A stretch of DNA of 64,000 nt from a bacterium (GTDB lineage: Bacteria; Hinthialibacterota; Hinthialibacteria; Hinthialibacterales; Hinthialibacteraceae), in assembly GCA_963662285.2 (NCBI GenBank), contig CAXXMV010000006.1, positions 640,001 to 704,000 on the forward strand, given 5' to 3'. The translations under genes and the position numbers were made by a program. The notes below the pieces were generated by a model. It was not told the DNA's origin, made no database searches, and saw only the letters and a program-made list of their open reading frames with translations. Within the stretch, counting starts at the first letter, position 1, and the number at the start of each line of letters is the position of its first letter. Positions 20,241 through 30,962 of this stretch are shown piece after piece.

Positions 20241-22994
20241 ATGAAATTACAAAAACGTTATGGAGCGATTTTTCTATCGATTGCCGCAACTATTTTATTG
20301 TCATCAACGGCTTATTGCGGCTCGATTCCACTTCCAGAACATCCACGGCCCGATTTTGTCCGGTCTCAGTGGATCAATCTTAATGGCGTGTGGAAATTTG
20401 AATTCGACGCTAAAGACCGGGGAATCACTGAAGAGTGGTTCAATAAAACCGCTTACACCAAAGAGATTACCGTCCCTTTCCCCTGGGGATCAAAATTATC
20501 CGGCGTCGAAGATGAAGCCGATATCGGTTGGTATACCCGCAAGATATGCATTCCAGAATCATGGAAAGATAACCGGGTTTTCTTGGTCATCGGCGCTTGC
20601 GACTGGCGCACGAGCATCTGGCTGGACGGCGTCAAAATCGGCGAACATCAAGGCGGTTATCTTCCCTTTGAGTTTGAACTGACCAGTCATATCAAGGTCG
20701 GACAGGATCATCAACTGGTGGTTCGCGCTGATGACGTACGGCGTCAGTTTACCCTATACGGCAAACAGGGTTATGGTAACGCCCGCGGCATCTGGCAAAC
20801 CCCATACCTAGAAGCCCGTGGAACCGCTGTGTTGCGCAAAGTTCATTTTTATCCGGATATCGATAATCAAAAGGTTATTGTCAAAGCAGCACTACTCGAA
20901 GCGGCGCCCGGTGATGTAGCGCTGAATATCGATTTTAAGCAGGATGGATTAGCAAAATCAACTCAGACAATTAAAAAGGGAGCGCAGGAGATAGAGTTCG
21001 AAATCCCTATCGTTAAACCCCGCCTCTGGACTTTGGATGATCCATTCTTGTATGAAGTGAGCGTCTCCGTCGAAGGCGATTCATTGATCAAAGATACAGT
21101 AGACGCCTATTTCGGCATGAGAAAAATAAGCGTCGTTAATCTGCCGGGTACTGAATTTCCCTATATCGCGTTAAATAACAAACCGGTTTATATGCAATTA
21201 ACCTTGGATCAGGCCTACCATCCTGATGGTTACTATACCTTCCCCAGCGACGAATTTATGCGCGATGAAATTTTGCGCAGCAAGAGCATCGGTCTCAACG
21301 GAATGCGGGTTCACGTCAAGGTTCCTCTTCCCCGCAAGTTATATTGGGCAGATAAATTGGGCATGTTGATCATGGAAGACCTGCCTAATAGTTGGGGCGC
21401 CCCTGACGAAGATATGCGCCAGGAAGTCGAAACCTCTTTGCCGCAGATGATCGCACGCGATTTCAATCATCCGGCAGTCTTCTCATGGATCATCTTCAAT
21501 GAAACCTGGGGGCTTAAGACCGGGAATAAATATCTTCCCGAAACCCAGCAATGGGTTGTATCAATGTTAAAGAAGGCTAAATCGTTGGATCCAACCCGCC
21601 TGGTTGAAGATAACTCTCCCTGCCTCAATGACCATACCGTCACCGATATCAATACCTGGCATGCCTATAAAGCCGGTTATGAATGGAAGGGGATTTTGGA
21701 TGAGTATTGCGCCAAAACTTTCGAAGGTTCTGAGTGGAATTACGCAAAAGGTTATAAGCAGAACAAGGAACCAATGTTTAATAGCGAGTGCGGCAATGTC
21801 TGGGGTTATGAAGGCAGCACCGGCGATGTTGATTGGAGTTGGGATTACCATCAGATGATGGATCAATTCCGCCGTCATCCCCAATGCAGCGGCTGGCTCT
21901 ATACCGAGCATCATGACGTAATCAATGAATGGAACGGCTACTGGCGTTTTGACCGTTCGGAAAAATTCACCGGATTTGATGAACTGGTTCCGGGCATGAC
22001 TTTACAGGATTTACATTCTCCAGTTTACCTTGCGCTGGCTGACGAATTGTGCAGTACTGTTAAAGCCGGAGAGCGCATCAGCGTTCCCGCTTATCTGTCA
22101 ATTTTCACTGATTCATTCGAGCCGCAGGATTTCACTCTCGAATGGGAGCTGGTTGGTTGGGATGAATTCGGCGGTTTGCATAAACTGGATAAATCATCCA
22201 GAGCCATTGCGGCTGCTCCCTGGATGAACCGGGAACTTGAACCAATCATGGTTACCATGCCTGAGTTCGAATTTCTTACTGTTCTGCGCACCTGTGTCAA
22301 AGATAAAACCGGACAGGTATTGCACCGCAACTTCACTACATTCATGGTTGAAAGCGGCAAAGAATACTGGCATAAAGTCACCATTGATCCATCAAGTTTT
22401 TCTGATGCCAAGTGGTCTCTCAAACAATGGAACGTGCTTGACGGCTTAAAGGTTAATGGCGCCGGCGCCGGATATTTTGAATACAAAATCCCTTGGCCGG
22501 AGAAGATAAATTTGGATGATTATGCTTCCGCCTCGCTTCGTCTTGAAGCATCGGCCAAGCAACTATTCGGCAAGGACAAAGAAGGCCAAAAGAAGGATAC
22601 TAGTGATTACATGACTGGTGGTGGATTGCATGATCCAAGCCAGAACAAGAATTCCTATCCCATGACTGATGAATACGAAACTCCATCTATGGTGAAAATT
22701 ACAGTCGACGGTCAGTCAGTCGGTTCATTCTATCTGAATGATGATCCCGCCGATCATCGCGGCGTCCTATCGTGGAATTCACAAAAACGCGATAAACGGC
22801 TACGCGAAGCCGGATCTTATGGTTATTTGATAAACGCAACTATACCCCAAGATGTATTGCAAAAAGCCTTTAAGAAGAAAGAGATCGTGATTCGTCTTGA
22901 GGTTAGCGAATCTCTAGCGGGCGGCCTAGCCATTTATGGTAAAAGTTTTGGACGCTATCCACTCGACCCGACTCTGGTCTTTAATAAGAAATAG
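20241..22994 (+). CDS. Glycoside hydrolase family 2
   Basis: PEHPRPDF, WINLNGVW, GIWQT, WADKLGML, RDFNHPAVFSWIIFNETWG; ATG after GAGGAG. Confidence 0.9.
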   Translation: MKLQKRYGAIFLSIAATILLSSTAYCGSIPLPEHPRPDFVRSQWINLNGVWKFEFDAKDRGITEEWFNKTAYTKEITVPFPWGSKLSGVEDEADIGWYTRKICIPESWKDNRVFLVIGACDWRTSIWLDGVKIGEHQGGYLPFEFELTSHIKVGQDHQLVVRADDVRRQFTLYGKQGYGNARGIWQTPYLEARGTAVLRKVHFYPDIDNQKVIVKAALLEAAPGDVALNIDFKQDGLAKSTQTIKKGAQEIEFEIPIVKPRLWTLDDPFLYEVSVSVEGDSLIKDTVDAYFGMRKISVVNLPGTEFPYIALNNKPVYMQLTLDQAYHPDGYYTFPSDEFMRDEILRSKSIGLNGMRVHVKVPLPRKLYWADKLGMLIMEDLPNSWGAPDEDMRQEVETSLPQMIARDFNHPAVFSWIIFNETWGLKTGNKYLPETQQWVVSMLKKAKSLDPTRLVEDNSPCLNDHTVTDINTWHAYKAGYEWKGILDEYCAKTFEGSEWNYAKGYKQNKEPMFNSECGNVWGYEGSTGDVDWSWDYHQMMDQFRRHPQCSGWLYTEHHDVINEWNGYWRFDRSEKFTGFDELVPGMTLQDLHSPVYLALADELCSTVKAGERISVPAYLSIFTDSFEPQDFTLEWELVGWDEFGGLHKLDKSSRAIAAAPWMNRELEPIMVTMPEFEFLTVLRTCVKDKTGQVLHRNFTTFMVESGKEYWHKVTIDPSSFSDAKWSLKQWNVLDGLKVNGAGAGYFEYKIPWPEKINLDDYASASLRLEASAKQLFGKDKEGQKKDTSDYMTGGGLHDPSQNKNSYPMTDEYETPSMVKITVDGQSVGSFYLNDDPADHRGVLSWNSQKRDKRLREAGSYGYLINATIPQDVLQKAFKKKEIVIRLEVSESLAGGLAIYGKSFGRYPLDPTLVFNKK

Positions 22995-23028
22995 TAGATA
23001 GTTTCAATAATCTATATGACTTTAACAT

Positions 23029-23061
23029 CACGACCCTCGCTTAATAAGCGGGGGTCGTGTT
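23029..23061 (+). terminator. Terminator-like hairpin
   Basis: CACGACCCTCGCTTA A TAAGCGGGGGTCGTG; weak U tail. Confidence 0.55.
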
Positions 23062-23192
23062 AGTCTATGGGTGTTTTTAAGATATTGTTGAACAGGGCGT
23101 AGGATGGATATGATTTACTGCAATGTTTTTAACTTACTTAAAACTACGTTAAATACCTGACATTGAAAATAAATAAAAGTCATCTAATTTGT

Positions 23193-23470
23193 TATAATAG
23201 GTGGCTTAATCAAGGGCTGGACACAATGCAGTTTTGCCCTTGGCGCCCGGCGGTTAGATTATGATTATAACATCAATTGAAAAATCCAAGGTTTTGAAAA
23301 CAACCCCCTAACCTCCCCCAGGCTTGGGGGAGGGATCCAACGCTTCAATCTCAGCGCATAGGGTGGGCTAAAAGCGATAGCGGGCGCCAAGGGTAGTGTA
23401 TTTTCTACCCTTGAAAACCACCGACGATTAAACCATAACCAAACGGATGGTGGGCTAAAAGCAAAACCAA
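23193..23470. repeat. Cluster of mixed repeats
   Basis: Family A at 23210-23248 and 23382-23414; family B variant at 23301-23335; partial REP GGTGGGCTAAAAGC at ~23362 and ~23449. Confidence 0.7.
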
Positions 23471-23499
23471 GAATCATTGCTGCAAAGGATAAAAGTAAC

Positions 23500-24939
23500 T
23501 TGAACGATCTAAAGTCTCAAAACATGGAACCTAATCAAACCACTCCCGCCCGTATTCTGGTTATTGATGATGAAGGCGTAGTCTGTCTCAGCTGCACCAG
23601 AATACTTACTCAAGATGGATATAATATCAAAACCATCCAGAATCCCCGGCTTGGATTAGAAGAAGCCCTGACCGAATCTTATGATGTGATCTTATTGGAT
23701 ATCGTCATGCAGGATATCGACGGCCTGGAGATTCTTAAACAGATCAAACAATCCGGCGCCTTTTCTGAGATTGTCATGATGACCGGATACTCAACCGTAG
23801 AGACCGCCGTGCAGGCCATGAAACTGGGCGCCGCCGATTATATCAGTAAACCTTTCACCCCCGACGAAATGCGGATCGTCGTCAAACGGGTATTAGAACG
23901 CTCGGCTTTGATCCAGGAAAACATCGCCCTACGGAAACGACTCGAAGAACGCAGCGGTTTTGAGGGAATGCTTGGTGAGAGCAAAGCCATGGAAAAAATC
24001 TACTCCATGATCCAACGGGTAGCCCATACCGACGGTACGGTTCTCATTACAGGTGAAAGCGGTACAGGTAAAGAACTTGCGGCCCGCGCCATACATAAAC
24101 TGAGTCCCCGCTGCAATGAAGCCTTTATCCCCTGTGATTGCAGCACCTTAACCCCATCGCTGCTCGAAAGTGAACTCTTCGGACACGTCAAAGGTTCATT
24201 CTCCGGCGCTGTATCAACCAAAAAAGGCCTATTCGAAGCAGCCCATAAGGGAACCCTGTTTCTGGATGAACTATCTAACATCAGCCTCGAAACTCAGGGC
24301 AAACTGTTGCGCGTGTTGGAGACTCATAAAGTCAAGAAAGTGGGCGACGCATCTGAAACCGATGTCGATATTCGCCTGATTGGCGCCACCAACCGCGACC
24401 TCAATGAGATGATCGAAAACAAGGAATTCCGCGAAGACCTCTTCTACCGCATCAACGTTGTACCAATATACATGCCGCCCCTCCGTGAACGCAAAGGCGA
24501 TATCCTTCTGTTGATGATGTACTTTCTGGAGCGGTTCAAAAAGCATAATCCTATTGAAATACAGGGATTCAGCCAAGAGGCCATCCTTCTGATGGAGTCC
24601 TACAAATGGCAGGGTAATGTACGCGAACTCAAAAACATCGTCGAACGCCTGGCCATTTTATGCAACTCAGACCGCATTACTCCCGCAGACCTGCCGCCCG
24701 AAATCCGCAACAATCAAACTATCAAGACGCCGTCATCCATCCCCCAGAAATGGGAAGATTTCAAAGAATATAAGAAACAGGCGCGAGACGCCGCCGTGCA
24801 GGAAATAGAACGCAGTTTCATACTCCAATCGCTCGAACGGAACGATTATAACGTCACCAAAACTGCTGAAGACGTCGGTATGCAACGAACCCAGCTTCAT
24901 GCCCTGGTTTCCAAATATGGATTACAGGACAAAAACTGA
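23500..24939 (+). CDS. Sigma54-dependent response regulator (NtrC/AtoC family)
   Basis: REC domain, GESGTGKE, ESELFGHVKGSFSGA, LFLDE, FREDLFYRINV, WQGNVREL, Fis HTH; start may be ATG 23524. Confidence 0.95.
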   Translation: MNDLKSQNMEPNQTTPARILVIDDEGVVCLSCTRILTQDGYNIKTIQNPRLGLEEALTESYDVILLDIVMQDIDGLEILKQIKQSGAFSEIVMMTGYSTVETAVQAMKLGAADYISKPFTPDEMRIVVKRVLERSALIQENIALRKRLEERSGFEGMLGESKAMEKIYSMIQRVAHTDGTVLITGESGTGKELAARAIHKLSPRCNEAFIPCDCSTLTPSLLESELFGHVKGSFSGAVSTKKGLFEAAHKGTLFLDELSNISLETQGKLLRVLETHKVKKVGDASETDVDIRLIGATNRDLNEMIENKEFREDLFYRINVVPIYMPPLRERKGDILLLMMYFLERFKKHNPIEIQGFSQEAILLMESYKWQGNVRELKNIVERLAILCNSDRITPADLPPEIRNNQTIKTPSSIPQKWEDFKEYKKQARDAAVQEIERSFILQSLERNDYNVTKTAEDVGMQRTQLHALVSKYGLQDKN

Positions 24940-24960
24940 TTCAGTAGGTAGTGGGGAGTG

Positions 24961-25175
24961 GGGAGCATCGGCTTCTAGCCGGTGCATCAATCCCTTCCTA
25001 ACCGGATTGTTTCTATTGATGTATAACTTTTAATGCTATGAATTATTGTTGGGATCGAATGATATCCAAGGTTTGAAATTTCCAATGGCGTCATGAGGAT
25101 TTTGCATGTGAGGAAGGTATCTTGGCACAAAGGGCTTTGACCGGGGACACATACCGGCTAGAAGCCGATGCTCCC
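24961..25175. mobile_element. 215-bp element with perfect 23-bp terminal IRs and a probable RAYT transposase remnant
   Basis: GGGAGCATCGGCTTCTAGCCGGT / ACCGGCTAGAAGCCGATGCTCCC; minus-strand peptides RYLPH and IIHSIKSYTS. Confidence 0.55.
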
Positions 25176-25401
25176 CTTTCTGTCTTTTGGATAATCTCTA
25201 CCTCGCCTTCCTTACAGTGTAAGATTCCTTCATACACTTATTCATGGTTTTCCAGCCCGAAACGCTCCAGCATTTAACATCGTTTAACTGACTGCATCTC
25301 TATCTCAACAATATTTTTCATCCAATAAGTCATTACAAATCTTGCTCTTACATATCAACGAATCCATAAATCTCCACTACATCCAACCTGATTTTCCGTT
25401 G

Positions 25402-25418
25402 TTGGCACGATAGATGCA
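25402..25418 (+). promoter_or_regulatory. Sigma54 -24/-12 promoter
   Basis: TTGGCACGATAGATGCA (GG-N10-GC), about 75 nt upstream of 25494 and next to a sigma54 activator gene. Confidence 0.75.
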
Positions 25419-25493
25419 ATTACTGATTGATGTATCAAACATACAAGATGCGCACTCAGTAAAAGACAGGCATCATCTTAAGGAGAGAATATC

Positions 25494-27194
25494 ATGATGA
25501 CGGAACGCAAACTGCTTGTTGTAGATGACGAACCTATTGTCGGACAAAGTTGCAAGCGGATTTTCAACCGGGCTGGTTATCAGGTTGAAGCATGCACTGA
25601 TTCCCGTGAAGGTCTAAACCGGGTAATCGAACAAAACAACTATTCTCTCATTCTGGTGGACATGAAAATGCCTGGTATGGACGGGCTTGAATTCATCACT
25701 GAATTACGTAAAACGCATCCCGATTTACCGGTAATGATTATCACCGGATACGCCAGCGTTCCCTCGGCTACAGCAGCCATGAGACTGGGCGCGTCCGATT
25801 ACCTTCCCAAGCCATTTACGCCCGACGAAATCATTAAAGCCGTCGAACGAATCTTCGCGGAGGAAGATGAGAAAAAACCTGTTATCAAGACTGAAGTCAA
25901 GGCTCTTGCTCCAGCCATTGATCAACAAACAGCTTTGTCTTTATTTGCTTCAATGCAGCATAAAGAAGAGTATAAGCCGCGCGAAAGTGAATTCCATTTT
26001 CATGATGAAGCCTGGCTGCAATTGGAATCGACTGATGATGAAACAAAGGCAGCTACGGTTCGCGTCGGTTCACTGATCGCCGGGTTGGAAAAAGGCGGCA
26101 ATATCAAGGTTCAGCTGCCTAAAAAAGATGACAAAGTTTTCCGGGGGCTGCCCTTGGCCTCATTCACCATGCAAAACGGACTGACATATTCCATTCCGTC
26201 GCCCGTAACGGGAGTCATTCAGCAGGTTAATCCCGATCTGGTCGAGAATCCCCAACTGGCGGCTGACGATCCTTGTGGAGAGGGATGGATTGCCTCGGTT
26301 CTGCCAGACAACCTTACTGAAGAACTCCAGTCATTGAGCAATCGCACTGTTCTTCTGGCCACTAACTGTGAAGCAAACTGGACGCAAACCAAAACCCGCA
26401 TCAACGATCTGGGTTGCAACATCAGAGTGGTCGATTCATATATGGATATCCAAAGGACGCTGGATAAAGAAAATATCCACATGCTGCTGTTCGATGCCAG
26501 CGCGTTCGGCATCAGCGGCCCCAGGCTGATCAGGATCATCAACCAGATGCATCCAGACGTTAAAATCGCCGTGGCCGAAGACAAAGATAACGCCCAGGAA
26601 AAAGCATACCGCTTAAACAAGGTGCTCTATTATTCCGGAGAGAAATTCGACAATCAGGAAATCAGCGAGATTCTTTATTCGGCTTTTCGTCCGGTCAAAC
26701 GTTCAACAAGCGTTGACAGGTCTTCTTCAGACCTGCCCCAGTGGATCAGCCGCTTTCAGATCAAAGACAGCCAAGGTCAAACCGTCACTTTTCTGGCGCC
26801 TGATGAAAAATTAGCCCGCAACAAAGGCTTGGGCTGGATGATGGCTCAAACCCTGCTGCGCACCGGATATCCATTGCAAACCGACTTGACGGCGCGTCCG
26901 GGATCATTCGACGATGTCTTAAAAGCCATCAAGGAGAGCGACAGCGTCTTTATCCTGAAATCGGTTGACGCAAAACGCATCCCCGGAACTTTGGTCAAAA
27001 AGGAAATCAGCGAACCCACCGGAATTATGATCGAAGCGGGTAAAAAAGTAGTGACCTATTTCGTGCAACCCGGCGAGGCTTCTGATAGCGCATTATCCTT
27101 CGAGCCGCATGTCGGCAACGCGCTTTCGCAGTTCCTGGTTTACGAAATGATTTCAGCGCTGAAAAAGAATAATGGACATTATACAAGGCATTAA
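25494..27194 (+). CDS. Response regulator fused to a glycine-cleavage-H-like domain and a degenerate second receiver
   Basis: N-terminal REC (LLVVDDE, DMKMPGMDG, KPF); HDEAW...SIPSPVTGVIQQVNPDLVENPQLAADDPCGEGWI matches the GcvH fold. Confidence 0.8.
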   Translation: MMTERKLLVVDDEPIVGQSCKRIFNRAGYQVEACTDSREGLNRVIEQNNYSLILVDMKMPGMDGLEFITELRKTHPDLPVMIITGYASVPSATAAMRLGASDYLPKPFTPDEIIKAVERIFAEEDEKKPVIKTEVKALAPAIDQQTALSLFASMQHKEEYKPRESEFHFHDEAWLQLESTDDETKAATVRVGSLIAGLEKGGNIKVQLPKKDDKVFRGLPLASFTMQNGLTYSIPSPVTGVIQQVNPDLVENPQLAADDPCGEGWIASVLPDNLTEELQSLSNRTVLLATNCEANWTQTKTRINDLGCNIRVVDSYMDIQRTLDKENIHMLLFDASAFGISGPRLIRIINQMHPDVKIAVAEDKDNAQEKAYRLNKVLYYSGEKFDNQEISEILYSAFRPVKRSTSVDRSSSDLPQWISRFQIKDSQGQTVTFLAPDEKLARNKGLGWMMAQTLLRTGYPLQTDLTARPGSFDDVLKAIKESDSVFILKSVDAKRIPGTLVKKEISEPTGIMIEAGKKVVTYFVQPGEASDSALSFEPHVGNALSQFLVYEMISALKKNNGHYTRH

Positions 27195-27260
27195 GTAATA
27201 AATCGGTATCAATCGCCCCCTGCGGCGCATATCCGAAATCTGATCAAAAAGAGGCGCATT

Positions 27261-27572
27261 ATGAGTATGAACGTTTACTACAACTGCGGTATCTGCGGAC
27301 TGTTTGAAGATACCGGCTTCTGGTCTTTCATCAAAGAAAATTACGACGACGCAGAAGTTATATTCGAAGAAGTGGTCGACATGGCCACCCGGTGCAGTAA
27401 AGACCGCCGCTGTCTGGCAAGACGCTTGAAAATGCTGGAAGAAATCTATAACTCCGAAGGCAAACAAGCAAAACAATTAGAAACCCATCGACGCCTGCGG
27501 CAATTACTCGACCAGTATCCATTCGAAATTGAATCTGATCTGAATGAAATAGTTGAATCAATGAAAAATTAA
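27261..27572 (+). CDS. Hypothetical protein
   Basis: 103-aa ORF with AGAGG RBS, followed by a terminator. Confidence 0.6.
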   Translation: MSMNVYYNCGICGLFEDTGFWSFIKENYDDAEVIFEEVVDMATRCSKDRRCLARRLKMLEEIYNSEGKQAKQLETHRRLRQLLDQYPFEIESDLNEIVESMKN

Positions 27573-27612
27573 AAAGGACTCATACATCCTTCTGAACACA
27601 TATCGAACACTC

Positions 27613-27648
27613 GCGCTCAGGATTCGCTCCCTGAGCGCACTTTTTTTT
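27613..27648 (+). terminator. Intrinsic terminator
   Basis: GCGCTCAGG...CCTGAGCGC followed by T8. Confidence 0.8.
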
Positions 27649-27679
27649 GTTTGCGTATATGCACAGTTAATTCAAAACC

Positions 27680-27750
27680 GATGGGATGCGCTGGCGCTTT
27701 GTCCCATCACACTTCGCTTTGGTGGGTCGGAAAAGCGCGACCCACCCTAC
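27680..27750 (-). repeat. GTAG-type REP palindromes
   Basis: GGTGGGTCGGAAAAGCGCGACCCACCCTAC (reverse complement begins GTAG) plus an adjacent GATGGGA..TCCCATC hairpin. Confidence 0.7.
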
Positions 27751-27779
27751 TCATTTTTCCATCCCGCTCAGCTGGATGT

Positions 27780-29324
27780 TCATGTATTCTTCTTATAATA
27801 ATCAATAATCTCCTCGCGGTGACTCAGATCTGATGAGGGTACATTGGGTTGATTGATTTGCGGGGCGTTATGATCTACGAATGTTTTTTTCTGACGATAC
27901 TCTTCCGGTTGCCAGGCATTGATTGAATCCGTCAGTTTTTTGATTTCAGCTTTATATTTTGGATTATCATATTGGTTATTCATTTCCAATGGATCTTTTT
28001 GGAGGTCGAAGAACAGGTTCGGGGCATTTTTACGACCTGACTGGATCAGTTTGTGGGTTTTAGTACGAGCCATGACGCTTGTTCTGCCGCTGAAGATTGT
28101 TTCATGACCGGAGTTTGGGCTGTTTAAATCGAATCCCTTCATGCTGATACCCGGTTTGATTCCAGCCGAGGACAGAATGGTTGGCGCCAGGTCGATATTA
28201 TTTACCAGATTTTTGGAAACTGTTCCCGCCTTAAAACTGCCGGGATTCTTGATGATCAAAGGAACCTTGGCCAGGGGATCGTACAAATAATTACCCTTCA
28301 ACAGCATGTGGTGAAATCCCAGATATTCTCCATGGTCGCTGGTGAAAATAATCATAGTATCATCATACATATTTCTCTTTTTCAGCAGTTTAATTATGTT
28401 TCCAATTTGGGCATCGATATGGGATATGGTGGCGTAATAATAGGCCATCACCTTGCGTAAGGCCTTTTTGTTGAGGGTTTTGTTATCAAAATAGCCTTTG
28501 CTGTATTGATAATCATATTCCAGGCAGTCTTCCGTCCAGCCGGGAAGAAGGTTCATTTTGTCAGGATCATACATCTCATTCCAGGGAGCGGGTGGATCAA
28601 AGGGATGATGCGGTTTGATGAATCCAACCATTAGTAAATTGGGAGATGACTCATCCCAACCGTTAATATCTTCAGCCGCCCTATTTCCTACCCAGGTTGT
28701 TGAGTGGTCGGTTTCTTTCAGGTTGGAAACCATTGCTCCGAAACTATCCCGGTATTCCTGAGGTGCGTTTTTACGGTATTCACTGCGCTGGTCAACCAGA
28801 TCATTGCGGTCTACCAAACCATGTTTCATCAGATAGCGGTGATAGTCATCATCCCACCGGCCCGGGCCATCCTGTTCAGACAGGGTCATCTTGTCAAAAC
28901 CGACATCCAGATAGGTGGGAGTGAAATGCATTTTACCGACGGCGCTGGTTTTATATCCTGCTGAACGTAATTGTTTGGGGAATGTATCGATGTCTGGTGA
29001 AAGCGTGCTCCGGTTGTTGAATCCTCCGTGTTGATGGACATACTGGCCGGAAATCAAGGAATAGCGGGATGGCGTGCAAACCGGATATGGGCAAAAACTG
29101 TTCTCGTATTGCACTCCATCGGCTGCCAGTTTATCGATATTAGGGGTTAGCACATCCCGGTTGCCGCAAACCCCTAAACAATCATGGCGATGCTGGTCGA
29201 CATGGAGTAACAGGATATTAGGTTTCTTTTGATCCTGCGTTCTTCCAATTTGGACGCTGGATAGAGACAGGGCGCCTAAACCAGTGTTTCTTATAAAATC
29301 GCGGCGTGAGAATTGGTCTCTCAT
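27780..29324 (-). CDS. Tat-exported sulfatase (Cys-type formylglycine)
   Basis: SRRDFI signal, KPNIL, CTPSR, GKMH, PHHP, SDHG. Confidence 0.92.
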   Translation of the reverse strand: MRDQFSRRDFIRNTGLGALSLSSVQIGRTQDQKKPNILLLHVDQHRHDCLGVCGNRDVLTPNIDKLAADGVQYENSFCPYPVCTPSRYSLISGQYVHQHGGFNNRSTLSPDIDTFPKQLRSAGYKTSAVGKMHFTPTYLDVGFDKMTLSEQDGPGRWDDDYHRYLMKHGLVDRNDLVDQRSEYRKNAPQEYRDSFGAMVSNLKETDHSTTWVGNRAAEDINGWDESSPNLLMVGFIKPHHPFDPPAPWNEMYDPDKMNLLPGWTEDCLEYDYQYSKGYFDNKTLNKKALRKVMAYYYATISHIDAQIGNIIKLLKKRNMYDDTMIIFTSDHGEYLGFHHMLLKGNYLYDPLAKVPLIIKNPGSFKAGTVSKNLVNNIDLAPTILSSAGIKPGISMKGFDLNSPNSGHETIFSGRTSVMARTKTHKLIQSGRKNAPNLFFDLQKDPLEMNNQYDNPKYKAEIKKLTDSINAWQPEEYRQKKTFVDHNAPQINQPNVPSSDLSHREEIIDYYKKNT

Positions 29325-29454
29325 AATGGCTTTTTCCCTTTTATATAAATAAATTGCCTACGGATTGATTAACCTTATTACATTATGCCATTAATTATAG
29401 AGGAAATCTATCATACCTTAGGAGAAATTAGATGGTAGACGTAGGTTGATATTT

Positions 29455-29483
29455 GGTGGCTACGCTTCGCTTTTAGCCTACCC
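29455..29483. repeat. REP-like palindrome
   Basis: GGTGGCTACGCTTCGCTTTTAGCCTACCC; matches copies at 60237 and 60360. Confidence 0.65.
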
Positions 29484-29574
29484 TGTTGCCTGCTGCTCAA
29501 TGCATTGACATATAATGTCGGTTTATGAGATTATTGGGTTATATAAAAATCCATAGAAATGATTGGGGACAATT

Positions 29575-30810
29575 ATGAGACGATTTATCCTTGCTATGCT
29601 TTTTGTTTTTTGTTCTTCTATTATTCATGCCGCATCGTTGGACTCTCTGGATGCTTTTTGCGGTAAGTATCGTTTAAATGATTTGCTTATTACTATCGCG
29701 CAAGAAGAGGAAAAACTTATTTTTTCCACTCCGTTTATACCAGTAGGATTCCCACTCACCCGTCAATCTGAAACAGTCTTTAATAACGATAACGTCCCTA
29801 TCCTGAATATACCTTTTCAAATCGAATTCAAGAAAGATGAAAATGGCGTATTCCAATCAATGGTATTTAACTTCCAAAACCGGGAGCACACCGCTCAACG
29901 AATGATAATGGGCAACTGGCAGGGCGCCTTTGAATCCGGGCCATACAAGGACCGCGCATTGAACGCCAAGGTTATCGCTTATGGCCAGGGCAAATATCAT
30001 GCGGCTTTTATTATGGATGATAAGACGCGCCTTGAGATTCCAGGCGCCAAAAATCAAAGCAAGACTATCTTCGAGGGAAAAACTGAACTGGCTAAATCCT
30101 ATAACATCAAAGCGGAAATTATTAGCGGACAATTTACGGGAACGCTTAAAGTTGATGATGCTGAATCCAAGTTCAGCCTGCGCCAGGTATTTTTATCATC
30201 ACCAACTCTCGGAATGAAACCTCCTGAAGATGCTGTTGTTTTACTATCAAACAAGAAGACGCCTGATGCTGAACAGTTGCTGAAATATGAATGGAATATC
30301 GCGCCTCATTGGCAATTGGATGACAATGGCGCCATCCGCATTGCAGGCAGCAGCATAAGCACCAAACGAAAATTCGGCGACGCCCAAATTCACCTCGAAT
30401 TCAAGACTCCCTTCATGCCCAACGACCGGGGACAGGCGCGGGGCAACAGCGGCGTCTATATCCAAGAGCGTTATGAGATTCAGGTTCTGGACAGTTTCGG
30501 GCTTGAAGTCAAAGACAATTTATGCGGCGGAATCTACAAATTCGCCGTACCAACCGCCGACGTTTGCCTCCCACCATTGGAATGGCAAACCTACGATATA
30601 ACCTTCAAGGCCCCCCGCTCCGACCAGAATGGAAACATAATCAAAGCCGCCGTTATCACTGTCAAACACAACGGAACCATTATCCATGATAATGTTTTGC
30701 TGAATTATGGCGCCAATAGCAACCTGCCCCTGACAGGCTCAATCCTCCTACAAGACCACAGCATGGACCGCGTGTCTTACCGCAACATGTGGGTTGTTCC
30801 ATTGGATTAA
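29575..30810 (+). CDS. Secreted DUF1080 (3-keto-disaccharide hydrolase-like) protein
   Basis: FGDAQIHLEF, GQARGNSGVYIQERYEIQVLDS, WQTYDI, LLQDH, YRNMW. Confidence 0.88.
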   Translation: MRRFILAMLFVFCSSIIHAASLDSLDAFCGKYRLNDLLITIAQEEEKLIFSTPFIPVGFPLTRQSETVFNNDNVPILNIPFQIEFKKDENGVFQSMVFNFQNREHTAQRMIMGNWQGAFESGPYKDRALNAKVIAYGQGKYHAAFIMDDKTRLEIPGAKNQSKTIFEGKTELAKSYNIKAEIISGQFTGTLKVDDAESKFSLRQVFLSSPTLGMKPPEDAVVLLSNKKTPDAEQLLKYEWNIAPHWQLDDNGAIRIAGSSISTKRKFGDAQIHLEFKTPFMPNDRGQARGNSGVYIQERYEIQVLDSFGLEVKDNLCGGIYKFAVPTADVCLPPLEWQTYDITFKAPRSDQNGNIIKAAVITVKHNGTIIHDNVLLNYGANSNLPLTGSILLQDHSMDRVSYRNMWVVPLD

Positions 30811-30962
30811 TAATGCATGGTTAATCAGGCAGAGTGGGCTGAATGTATAGCCCACTCTGTAATAATGTTACCTACAAAAACCAAGGCTTCCAGTTTACAA
30901 CACACCATATTTCATGAGATATTAGATCATTACTGATCTGTTTCTTAAAGGAGATATGGGAT

